The notes under the pieces were generated by a model. That model was not told where the DNA came from. It did no database searches and saw only the letters and a list, made by a program, of their open reading frames with translations. Source: a virus. From it: a stretch of 48,021 nucleotides of DNA. Of the stretch, positions 7,581-14,798 are shown piece after piece (position 1 is the first letter of the stretch; every line of letters begins with the position of its first letter). The position numbers and the translations under genes are program-made. The DNA is taken from positions 1 through 48,021 of the IMG/VR virus record IMGVR_UViG_3300037721_000009; one strand, 5' to 3'.

Positions 7581-8546
7581 ATCTACTTCCTCGTTAACGT
7601 TTGCCTGTACAGGCGATTTAGTTTTGGTACTGAAATATTTTAGCACGCTTCGAACGTGCTCAAGCATGGAGTTAGTTTTCACCTTGTAAGACGTTTCAAC
7701 TACTACAGGTTTGGCCTCACCAGTAAGAATCGGATTATCACCTTCATAGTGATAGTCGATTGTATAGGTGCCTTCTGGCGTCACGTAGATCAATGCGCGA
7801 TCGTCGAAGTCTTGCACGTATGCGTAAGAATCCGAAGTGGCAAACCGCTCCTTGACTGCCTCGCTCAATATGGCAAGCTTCTCGCCGTATGAGTCGTCTA
7901 GGGCGTCTTCGTTGACTACTGGAATCGCAGAGTTGATAACGAAGGTCTTGTTGACCATCATGCCTACGCCGTCAGCAGGGGTAGCTGCGCCTGTTTCGCC
8001 GATCAGGATAGCGTCATGATCCAGACTCATATTTCGTGCGATCCAGTTGTATCCGTCCGCATTAGGCGTCATCTCTCGGTCAAGAAAGATTCCCGTGGAT
8101 GTATGCACCGGCTCGCCTTTGTCGATAGCGCTAAGCACTTGCCGACCGCCTTCTGTGTTCTTTGCGTATTCAACATCCAACCACTTCTCGACCGAAATTC
8201 TGTTGCCGACACGCTTAACGTTTCGATTCCATGCCCCGACGTGATACGAGTTGATAGCTTCAGGTTGCCTGGCGCTAACGTACTCTCCATCAACTTGAGG
8301 ATGACCTAGGGGCGCTAGAGTGCCTTCAAGGCTTGCGTATGCCTTCTCGATCTCGTCATGCGGATACAGGCCGCCATTCATGATTACTTCGTCTGGCAAA
8401 GTAAACGACGGGATGACGATATGCTCGCGACCGTTGTGCTGCTCACGACGGATTGAAGCGGCGTTAACCGCTACTCGGACGTTGACTCGCGTACTTGTGG
8501 CGTCGGCGGTCGAGTTAGCGACGAACGACTGTTTCGATTTCAGCAT
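7239..8546 (-). CDS. Prohead protease/scaffold fusion protein (DUF2213-like N-terminal domain + Ala-rich coiled-coil C-terminus, 435 aa)
   Basis: Track ORF. The N-terminal ~250 aa resembles the DUF2213 family that accompanies DUF1073 portals and DUF2184 capsids. The C-terminal 113 aa is Ala/Glu/Lys-rich and scaffold-like. Confidence 0.65.
   Translation of the reverse strand: MLKSKQSFVANSTADATSTRVNVRVAVNAASIRREQHNGREHIVIPSFTLPDEVIMNGGLYPHDEIEKAYASLEGTLAPLGHPQVDGEYVSARQPEAINSYHVGAWNRNVKRVGNRISVEKWLDVEYAKNTEGGRQVLSAIDKGEPVHTSTGIFLDREMTPNADGYNWIARNMSLDHDAILIGETGAATPADGVGMMVNKTFVINSAIPVVNEDALDDSYGEKLAILSEAVKERFATSDSYAYVQDFDDRALIYVTPEGTYTIDYHYEGDNPILTGEAKPVVVETSYKVKTNSMLEHVRSVLKYFSTKTKSPVQANVNEEVDMTPEQVQAIVDKALEATNASLASVQAENEKLKAGVLAANAAITANAESGLKDKRAAVAAVHGEVVANALSGEALDAMFASVQTAAGLLPGAPATNAKDEFEGYSLNTADQEAK
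7637..7645 (-). promoter_or_regulatory. Extended -10 motif TGcTAAAAT (minus strand) inside the protease/scaffold gene
   Basis: The reverse complement of attttagca. It has the same CGTGCTAAAAT core as the copy at 16514-16522. Confidence 0.4.
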
Positions 8547-8776
8547 GTAATCTGAACTCCTGTTTGCGGCATGGTGCGCAGATATTCCGATAGCTTTGAT
8601 GTATCTTGCGGATAGCCAATTGTCGGCATCGAAACGACTTGGCGATCTGGAGTTTTCTTATCGAATACCAGCTTCAAATGATCTTGGATAATCTTCCACT
8701 CATCGGCATCAGGCAGACGACCATTCGTGATCTCGCTGTAACCTTGCAACCAATACGCAAACTGTTCTGTATTCAC
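8540..8776 (-). CDS. Conserved small phage protein (78 aa from GTG 8776)
   Basis: Track ORF 8540..8830 starts at TTG. GTG 8776 has SD ggaggg 9 nt upstream. Product: VNTEQFAYWLQGYSEITNG...DHLKLVF... Confidence 0.5.
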   Translation of the reverse strand: MNTEQFAYWLQGYSEITNGRLPDADEWKIIQDHLKLVFDKKTPDRQVVSMPTIGYPQDTSKLSEYLRTMPQTGVQITC

Positions 8777-8830
8777 AGGGCTAGCCCTCCAATAGATAGC
8801 CGATAGTTTACCATGCCAAATTCTGGACAA

Positions 8831-8858
8831 AAGAAAGCCCTCGGGTTAAGAGGGCTTT
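8831..8858 (-). terminator. Intrinsic terminator after the 333-aa gene (AAAGCCCTC-loop-GAGGGCTTT + TTTCTT)
   Basis: 9-bp stem at 8834-8858 with a T-rich tail in the minus orientation. Confidence 0.65.
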
Positions 8859-8873
8859 GGTTGATGTTAGCGG

Positions 8874-9875
8874 TTATGGGCGGATGATGAATTTCAAACC
8901 TTCAGCTTCATCATCGAACCAATCGCAGCTAGACGTACCACCAATATCATCAAACACGCTAAATGAATCATCCTTTACCCATTCAACCGTGTATTGATTG
9001 CCTTTGGTGTAGACTCCTGGGTAGCCACTGGTTAAACACTCAACAATATCCCCGGCCTTCCAGTTACGCCAATCGCTCATATCAAGAGTCGCATAAATCT
9101 TATCGAGGCTCGAATTGATCTTATCGATGAGCGCAAACCCCTCACTAGCCAATCGCTCAATCAGCTCGTCACGCTCGCGGGTGAATTTCTCGATGTATGC
9201 GTTTAGTTCGGTTACTTGGTCGCGCCACTTGAAGGGCGTTTCCATTTGTTCGGTCTTGGATTCCACGCTGCATACTCCTGATGGAAATTGAATATCCCGC
9301 TCAAGCTGGTTGAGTGGTTCGCCTTCTGGTGCGCCTGGGAATGGGCCTACACAGCTAATTACCGCATCCTTCGCGCCCTGTACAAGCTCTAGACCGTCCT
9401 TAGCTTCTGGCTGGTTGAGAACCTTGTAAGCCATGATGTCGTTCTTGCTGCCATCATGCTTCCATACAATATCCATTGCTGCCTTGTGGGTTCCGTGTTC
9501 AGCAGTCTGGAAGTGGACATCAACCACTTCGCCATCACGATACCGCGTGCTTACCTTTGTGCCAGCGGGTACAGGACACTTACCACCCCGATGCCGCTTC
9601 CACTCGCCACCCTTCTGACGGTCGCGCTCGGCTTGCCATTGGGCGCGGGTTACAACGGATTCATTGTAATCTTCGGCCAGCTCTTCTCTTGTCAATTGGT
9701 CTACCGGGCATGAATATGCAATCTTCCAGTGATCATCGCTGAAAATAAGAGGGCCATCATCCTCCCACGAAGCAATCCAGCCATCACTATCCTGCGTCAA
9801 GTATTTAACATTGAATCCATCTGTGGGCCAAACAGCCAATTCCCGCGCCAACAATTCAACCAATTTCATCGCCAA
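8874..9875 (-). CDS. Hypothetical protein (333 aa), accessory gene at the head of the minus-strand head module
   Basis: Track ORF. SD aggagg lies upstream and it has its own terminator. No family recognised. Confidence 0.6.
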   Translation of the reverse strand: MAMKLVELLARELAVWPTDGFNVKYLTQDSDGWIASWEDDGPLIFSDDHWKIAYSCPVDQLTREELAEDYNESVVTRAQWQAERDRQKGGEWKRHRGGKCPVPAGTKVSTRYRDGEVVDVHFQTAEHGTHKAAMDIVWKHDGSKNDIMAYKVLNQPEAKDGLELVQGAKDAVISCVGPFPGAPEGEPLNQLERDIQFPSGVCSVESKTEQMETPFKWRDQVTELNAYIEKFTRERDELIERLASEGFALIDKINSSLDKIYATLDMSDWRNWKAGDIVECLTSGYPGVYTKGNQYTVEWVKDDSFSVFDDIGGTSSCDWFDDEAEGLKFIIRP

Positions 9876-9930
9876 ACCCTCCTGTTAATGTCCGCAAACC
9901 TTAGCCCATCCCGCGCAATCCTGCAACCTG

Positions 9931-9936
9931 TATAAT
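9931..9936 (+). promoter_or_regulatory. Consensus -10 hexamer TATAAT upstream of the portal gene (no good -35)
   Basis: ctgTATAATgagg lies 27 nt before ATG 9963, in the 87-bp divergent intergenic region. Confidence 0.3.
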
Positions 9937-9962
9937 GAGGATAATTTACGAGGCCCTATTTT

Positions 9963-11336
9963 ATGACTGTCAATGCACAAATGACGCCCGCTCTTCAGAT
10001 GGCGCTTAACTCCGCGCTGAGCGAGCGGGCTACCATCATGGCTAGGCAATCGCTTATGCGCGCTAGCAGTGATAGCTCCAGGCCCTGCGCATGGGATTCC
10101 TTCGGGTACAAGGAAAGTCTGTGCTTCTCTGATTTCTATCGCATGTTTGAGCGAGGCGGAATCGCACACGGCGCCATCATGACGCTGACAGAGGCTTGCT
10201 GGTCAGAAGACCCGCAAGTCATTGAGGGTTCAGAAGAGGATCGCGCAGAGAACCCTACGGCATGGGAGGAGAGCTTTAAGAGGCTGGCTAAACGCCTAAA
10301 GCTATGGGAAAAATTCCGTGATTGCGATATGCGCCGTCTTGTTGGTCGCTATTCCGGCATCCTCCTGCAATTCAAAGATTCTAAGCAATGGGATAAGCCT
10401 GTAGTTCGCGCATCCGAAGCCCAGCTTGTAAATATCATTCCGGCGTGGGAGGGCCAGCTAACCGTATCGTCTTGGTATGACAACCCTCTTGACATGAATT
10501 TCGGAAAACCAAAGGAATTCAGTTACCAAGAAAACGCCCTGGATAACAATATTGCAGGCGAGCCAGGGCGCATGGTTCAGGTTCACCCTGATCGAGTGGT
10601 TATCCTTGGCGATATCCGCAACGGCATTCCGTTTTTGCGTGCCGGCTACAATGATTTGGTGAATACCGACAAAGTTCTTGGTGGCAGTGGGGAGTCATTC
10701 CTTAAGAATGCCAGTCGGCAACTTGCTATCAATTTTGAAAAGGACGTGCAACTAGACCAGATTGCGCGGGCTCATGGCGTTCCTGTAAGTGATCTTCAGG
10801 AGATTTTTAATGATGTGACACTGGGGATGAGTAAAGGCCTGGATCAGACAATCATTACTCAGGGGGCCACGGTTAGCCCTCTTGTTGCGACAGTTCCAGA
10901 TCCATTCCCGGCATTTGATATCTCCTTGCAATCGTTTTGCGCATCTGTTCGCATTCCGTCGAAGATTATTGTTGGTAATCAGACTGGTGAGAGAGCGTCT
11001 AGCGAAGATATCAAGTCATTTAATAAGCGTTGCCAAGGCCGACGAGTAAACACTTTGTCGTCTGATATCGAGTCGCTGATTGACCATCTGATGCGCCTTG
11101 GGGTGCTTCTCACAGTTGAAACTAGCGTCTGCTGGAATGACCTTACCGAATCTAGCAAAGATGAGAAAATGACCATCGTGCAGAAAATGGCCGACATCAA
11201 CGCCAAGATGCTGTCGAGCGGAGTTCCAGTGTTCACAGCAGAAGAGATGCGCGATGTGGGTGGATTTGAGAATGGCGAAGAACTGCAGCCGTTACCTGAT
11301 ACAGATCCACCAGAAGACGATCTAATCCAGCAATAA
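9963..11336 (+). CDS. Portal protein (DUF1073-type)
   Basis: Track ORF of 457 aa. Size, an acidic C-terminus and co-occurrence with DUF2213-like and DUF2184-like genes support the call. Family recalled from memory. Confidence 0.7.
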   Translation: MTVNAQMTPALQMALNSALSERATIMARQSLMRASSDSSRPCAWDSFGYKESLCFSDFYRMFERGGIAHGAIMTLTEACWSEDPQVIEGSEEDRAENPTAWEESFKRLAKRLKLWEKFRDCDMRRLVGRYSGILLQFKDSKQWDKPVVRASEAQLVNIIPAWEGQLTVSSWYDNPLDMNFGKPKEFSYQENALDNNIAGEPGRMVQVHPDRVVILGDIRNGIPFLRAGYNDLVNTDKVLGGSGESFLKNASRQLAINFEKDVQLDQIARAHGVPVSDLQEIFNDVTLGMSKGLDQTIITQGATVSPLVATVPDPFPAFDISLQSFCASVRIPSKIIVGNQTGERASSEDIKSFNKRCQGRRVNTLSSDIESLIDHLMRLGVLLTVETSVCWNDLTESSKDEKMTIVQKMADINAKMLSSGVPVFTAEEMRDVGGFENGEELQPLPDTDPPEDDLIQQ

Positions 11337-11338
11337 GA

Positions 11339-11360
11339 AAAGGGCCTATAAGGCCCTTTG
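11339..11360. terminator. Bidirectional hairpin terminator (AGGGCC-tataa-GGCCCT)
   Basis: It lies between the convergent portal (+) and endonuclease (-) genes, overlaps both stops and has A/T runs on both sides. Confidence 0.6.
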
Positions 11361-12509
11361 TTCTACATATTTAATAATCGCCGGTTCATACCTTAGCCAT
11401 TCCGTGCAGCCATCGAACCCTGAAAGTCCAGCGCTCATGAATTCATTATGAGCGGATCTTTCTGTGTCACGCGCATTCGAACCTGATGTCTTGAATACCC
11501 CGTCAACGCTAAATGGAAACGGAGTAGCCTTAGATAGTTGCGGTATGCGTACATCAGGCTTATTTGTTATACCTACTTTCATGTAAGCCCCGCACTCGCT
11601 CCTAAGTGCATACACATAACCATCCATGTCACTCTTGAATCCGTATTGAGCGCAAGACGGACACCGCCTATCGTGATAAACGAGGTTTGCAAATGAAATC
11701 ATGAACGCTCCATGATCTGTGCAGACTGCATATAGCATTGACATTGTGTTTTTCTTTAGGTCTTCACTGTGCCATCCGCCAAATGCATAGCCTTTAGACT
11801 TTGCTGCTGATCTCGCCTTATGCTCAAGCTCTGCCAGTGTCATTCTATAGCTTGGCGAGCAGCGGCATGGAATAAGACCTCTAGACATATTCCTTCTTGA
11901 TATATAGAAAGCGTTAGGCCCGACTCCAGATAGCGCAATATCATCATTCGCGCATGACTGGCATACCATGGTCCACTTACTGTCCATACTTACGCTGGGA
12001 ATTAAAATAGTGCCGGCCTTATAAGTCTCTCCGGCTAGCGCTCTTTCTACATAAACCGAATCAGGTATATAAGCATTCTCTGCATTCTTTTCTATTGCAC
12101 AAACTGGGCATGCGTGGCCCTTCAGGAAGCTAGACATCCTTCCAGTATTCCACTTGCCATGCTTATAGCAATTAAGGCTGATCGTAGAGTGGCAGCCTGA
12201 AATCCCTAGCGGGAATCCAAGAAACTCATATCCAAGTTTTTGAGCCTGTCTATGAAGAAGAATCTCCCACTGCCATTCCTTCCATTTTGGGCCTGCCGCG
12301 CAACCACACGGGATAACGCCTCGATCTTGGACTTGCGAGCGAATGCAGGTCATTGCTCCTTCAGGCCATAACTCTGAATCTAGCGAGCAGATTGAGCACT
12401 CGCAGGTATACCTACGATCTCGCCTATGGCTGAAATAGCCTGTAATAGTGATGGTCCCGCCTTTAGGTGTAGTAAAGGTCTTGCCAACAAATGCATCAGT
12501 TTTCTGCAT
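11346..12509 (-). CDS. Free-standing homing-endonuclease-like protein: duplicated Cys-rich module + C-terminal T5orf172/GIY-YIG-superfamily domain (387 aa)
   Basis: Track ORF. The C-terminus (GYVYALRSECGAYMKVGITNKPDVRIPQL...TEWL) resembles the T5orf172 domain. It is on the opposite strand, between the portal and Mu-F-like genes, and is visibly more AT-rich. Confidence 0.65.
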   Translation of the reverse strand: MQKTDAFVGKTFTTPKGGTITITGYFSHRRDRRYTCECSICSLDSELWPEGAMTCIRSQVQDRGVIPCGCAAGPKWKEWQWEILLHRQAQKLGYEFLGFPLGISGCHSTISLNCYKHGKWNTGRMSSFLKGHACPVCAIEKNAENAYIPDSVYVERALAGETYKAGTILIPSVSMDSKWTMVCQSCANDDIALSGVGPNAFYISRRNMSRGLIPCRCSPSYRMTLAELEHKARSAAKSKGYAFGGWHSEDLKKNTMSMLYAVCTDHGAFMISFANLVYHDRRCPSCAQYGFKSDMDGYVYALRSECGAYMKVGITNKPDVRIPQLSKATPFPFSVDGVFKTSGSNARDTERSAHNEFMSAGLSGFDGCTEWLRYEPAIIKYVEQRAL

Positions 12510-12634
12510 GGATACGCTCTCATCAAGAGGTCATCGGAAGAATTTGCGACAGTCACTGATGAGGTGATTTTCGGGTGGCCGCCCTAGTCGCCCGTCCATT
12601 GTACAATACGTCAACGAAAAAAGGTGCGAATACA

Positions 12635-13540
12635 ATGCCAGGTCAGCCGATTCTTCCCCGCAGTGAAAATGATTTGACCGGCCAGCAGCGCCGAGTCCAG
12701 AAAGCAGAGAAAGACTTTGCCCGTAGGATCGACGCAGTAGGCAACGGCGTGCTTGCGATCCTGAAGCGAGTGCCGTACAAGGTCGTCACGCTTAACGCCG
12801 TCAACGCAGAACAGAAGACGTACATTTTCGAGCTGGATGACTTCACCCTGGCGAACATGGACAACGAGATTGCCAGGCTTATCGACACCCTTATCGACGA
12901 AGGCACGCCACAATCGAATTGGTTCCTTTCGAGCTACGTCACCCCGGCATACGTGCAAGGTACAGCGCTGGCATATTCGAACATATCGATTCAGTCAGCA
13001 GAATACCTGATGAGCCGTCCTTCGCTGGATTACTTGCTGACCAGCTCTCCATACCGTCGCAGGCTTTCTCTGTTGCAGGCTCGCAGCTTTAACGAGATGG
13101 TAAAGATAGCTGACAGCATGAAAGGTGATTTAGCCTCTACGCTGTCTCGCGGGCTCGCAGAGGGTCTTAACCCGCGCAAGATTGCAGAGAATATCGAAGC
13201 AAGGATTGGCGTCAGTCAGTTCGATGCGCGCCGTATTGCGCAGACTGAAATTGTCGGTGCTATGCGTACCGCTCGGCGTGAAGAGGCTAAGCAGGCGCAG
13301 GTTGAGCTAGGCATCAGGACAATGCTTTTGCACTTGTCTGCATTGAAAAGCACGAGCCGCCAGAGCCACCGTGATCGTCACGCCAAGCTGTTCAGTATTC
13401 AAGAGGTGGCTAACTGGTACGCGATTGTGCCGAATGCGATTTTCTGCTACTGCACGCAAATTGAGGTGCTAGTAAATGAAAAAGGCGAACCCCTCTCCCC
13501 AGGAATCATCGAGCGAGCCAAGCGCAAACTTGACAAATGA
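12635..13540 (+). CDS. Head morphogenesis protein (Mu F / SPP1 gp7-like, 301 aa)
   Basis: Track ORF 12575..13540 starts at GTG. ATG 12635 has SD aaggtg. It carries a Mu-F-like motif (...AQTEIVGAMRTARREEA...SRQSHRDRHAKLF). Confidence 0.75.
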   Translation: MPGQPILPRSENDLTGQQRRVQKAEKDFARRIDAVGNGVLAILKRVPYKVVTLNAVNAEQKTYIFELDDFTLANMDNEIARLIDTLIDEGTPQSNWFLSSYVTPAYVQGTALAYSNISIQSAEYLMSRPSLDYLLTSSPYRRRLSLLQARSFNEMVKIADSMKGDLASTLSRGLAEGLNPRKIAENIEARIGVSQFDARRIAQTEIVGAMRTARREEAKQAQVELGIRTMLLHLSALKSTSRQSHRDRHAKLFSIQEVANWYAIVPNAIFCYCTQIEVLVNEKGEPLSPGIIERAKRKLDK

Positions 13541-13541
13541 A

Positions 13542-13603
13542 AAAACACCAAATCTCAAATGTCCACGGTTTATGGATCGTGGACAGTTGGTAAATGGTGT
13601 TTT
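13542..13603 (+). other. Nested inverted repeat immediately after the Mu-F-like stop
   Basis: The outer arms AAAACACCA (13542-50) / TGGTGTTTT (13595-603) enclose the inner arms GTCCACG (13561-67) / CGTGGAC (13578-84). Confidence 0.6.
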
Positions 13604-13613
13604 AGATAAAGTC

Positions 13614-13640
13614 AAGGCCATTGTTTAGAGGGCCTTTTGT
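13614..13640 (+). terminator. Hairpin + T-run (AAGGCC-11 nt-GGCCTT-TTGTTTT)
   Basis: It lies between the convergent plus (Mu-F-like) and minus (TerL operon) units. Confidence 0.45.
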
Positions 13641-13641
13641 T

Positions 13642-13887
13642 TTACTCAATTAGCATTTCGTCTAATCGTCCTCGAGAGTCTAGGTTCAGCGTCTCACTTC
13701 TGCCGTGACAGGTTTTACCATCTGTGAAGCCGGCAGATACAGGCTCGCGAAACACTCTATTCCATCGACCGGTTGACTGATCCTTGATTCGACCAAAAAC
13801 CTCGGCGGCGCAGTCATGATGAATCTCTTTTTAGAAGATAAAGATTGACTCTTTTCCGCCCTCATCCTTCATAACTACATATTTCAT
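13642..13887 (-). pseudogene. 81-codon reading frame interrupted by a single in-frame TAA at codon 19
   Basis: ATG 13887 overlaps (ATGA) the upstream stop. Product: MKYVVMKDEGGKESIFIF-TAA(13831..13833)-KEIHHDCAAEVFGRIKDQSTGRWNRVFREPVSAGFTDGKTCHGRSETLNLDSRGRLDEMLIE. The distal 62 codons have no own start. Confidence 0.55.
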
Positions 13888-14393
13888 CAAACCACCTCCC
13901 GCTTAAACCCAGCATCAACCGCTTTACCGGCAGTTACTCGGCAATCAATACCGACGACATCCATGAGCTCTCGGATTGCGGTTTCGCGTTTGTCGGCGGC
14001 TAATTGGTCTGGGGTTTTTATTGCGCGGAAGCCTGTCACCTCTTCCATCCACAGACCGCTAGCACATTGAACAACTGCATGAGGCTTGAAGTCGTCATAG
14101 CCGTGCGCGAGTACTGTGCAATGCTCCCATGCGCCATGATCTGTCGATACTTCATATTCGGTATTAACTGGCGGCAACCCATCTTGCGGGCCTGACCATT
14201 GATTGGACTTTGGGCGCTCGACAAGATCAGAAATAGGCTTATTTGCTACGACCTTTTCCCAGGTATCGCTTAGATCGCTAGCGTATCGCCACTGACTGCG
14301 ATCATCCAGCCAATACCAGCATGTGAACAGGTCTTTAAATGTTCCTGCATGTGTAGCTGCTGCCGGCGCCAAACTCCAATCAACCTTACTCAT
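13887..14393 (-). CDS. Hypothetical protein (168 aa); shares a domain with ORF 25347..25895
   Basis: Track ORF. Shared motifs: W-x-G-x3-GLPPV-x-T, TP(D/E)Q(L/I)AA-x2-RE, DAG(F/Y)(K/R). Confidence 0.6.
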   Translation of the reverse strand: MSKVDWSLAPAAATHAGTFKDLFTCWYWLDDRSQWRYASDLSDTWEKVVANKPISDLVERPKSNQWSGPQDGLPPVNTEYEVSTDHGAWEHCTVLAHGYDDFKPHAVVQCASGLWMEEVTGFRAIKTPDQLAADKRETAIRELMDVVGIDCRVTAGKAVDAGFKREVV

Positions 14394-14692
14394 AACTTAA
14401 CCCCGTCCGCGTCGTATTGTGGGTGATAGGTTTTAACCATTTGCAACATTGACTCAAGCCGCTCGACTGCCTGATGTTCATCCCACAATCCGGTTTCGCC
14501 TCCAGATAGGTGCGCCCATTCGTAAGGATCATTCATAACTGACAAATCGTCGTCACGTAGAATCCTAACCTCAAATGCGTGAACATGCCCTATGTAGTTT
14601 GTTCCAATCGCGTATCCATTGCCAGCAATATTGACATCAATAGCCAGGTTGGTTATCTCAGCAATCAGCTCGCGTTCTTTTTTGGTTGTCAT
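14390..14692 (-). CDS. Hypothetical protein (100 aa)
   Basis: Track ORF. SD aggagg lies upstream and it overlaps (ATGA) the next gene. Confidence 0.6.
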   Translation of the reverse strand: MTTKKERELIAEITNLAIDVNIAGNGYAIGTNYIGHVHAFEVRILRDDDLSVMNDPYEWAHLSGGETGLWDEHQAVERLESMLQMVKTYHPQYDADGVKL

Positions 14693-14798
14693 CTTTACCG
14701 CCTCCTGTGTGATGAGCCGATTATTTCCGGTATTCGGCTCGGCGTCAATCTATTTCTTCGCACGGTATCAGCGGGCGTGATAGCGTGCGGGGATGGTG

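Noticed and set aside
9922-9928. Extra copies of the iteron 7-mer (TGCAACC at 9922; GGTTGCA at 33628)
   Set aside because: About six copies of any 7-mer, counting both orientations, are expected by chance in 48 kb. Isolated single copies carry no weight.
9956-9964. TAAAAT hexamers without the TG dinucleotide (rc of 9956-9964, 23469-23477, 3841-3852, 5776-5784)
   Set aside because: They lack the TGn extension and a usable -35, or they sit too close to or within coding sequence to act as promoters. They are not counted as copies of the TGnTAAAAT motif.
12575-12634. N-terminal extensions given by the ORF track at non-ATG starts (for example 12575, 16888, 18819, 21546, 22887, 23523, 31330, 31781, 34461, 38170, 38856)
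   Set aside because: In each case a downstream ATG or GTG has a proper SD and/or forms an ATGA/TAATG overlap with the preceding stop. The extension overlaps an upstream gene, a terminator or a promoter.
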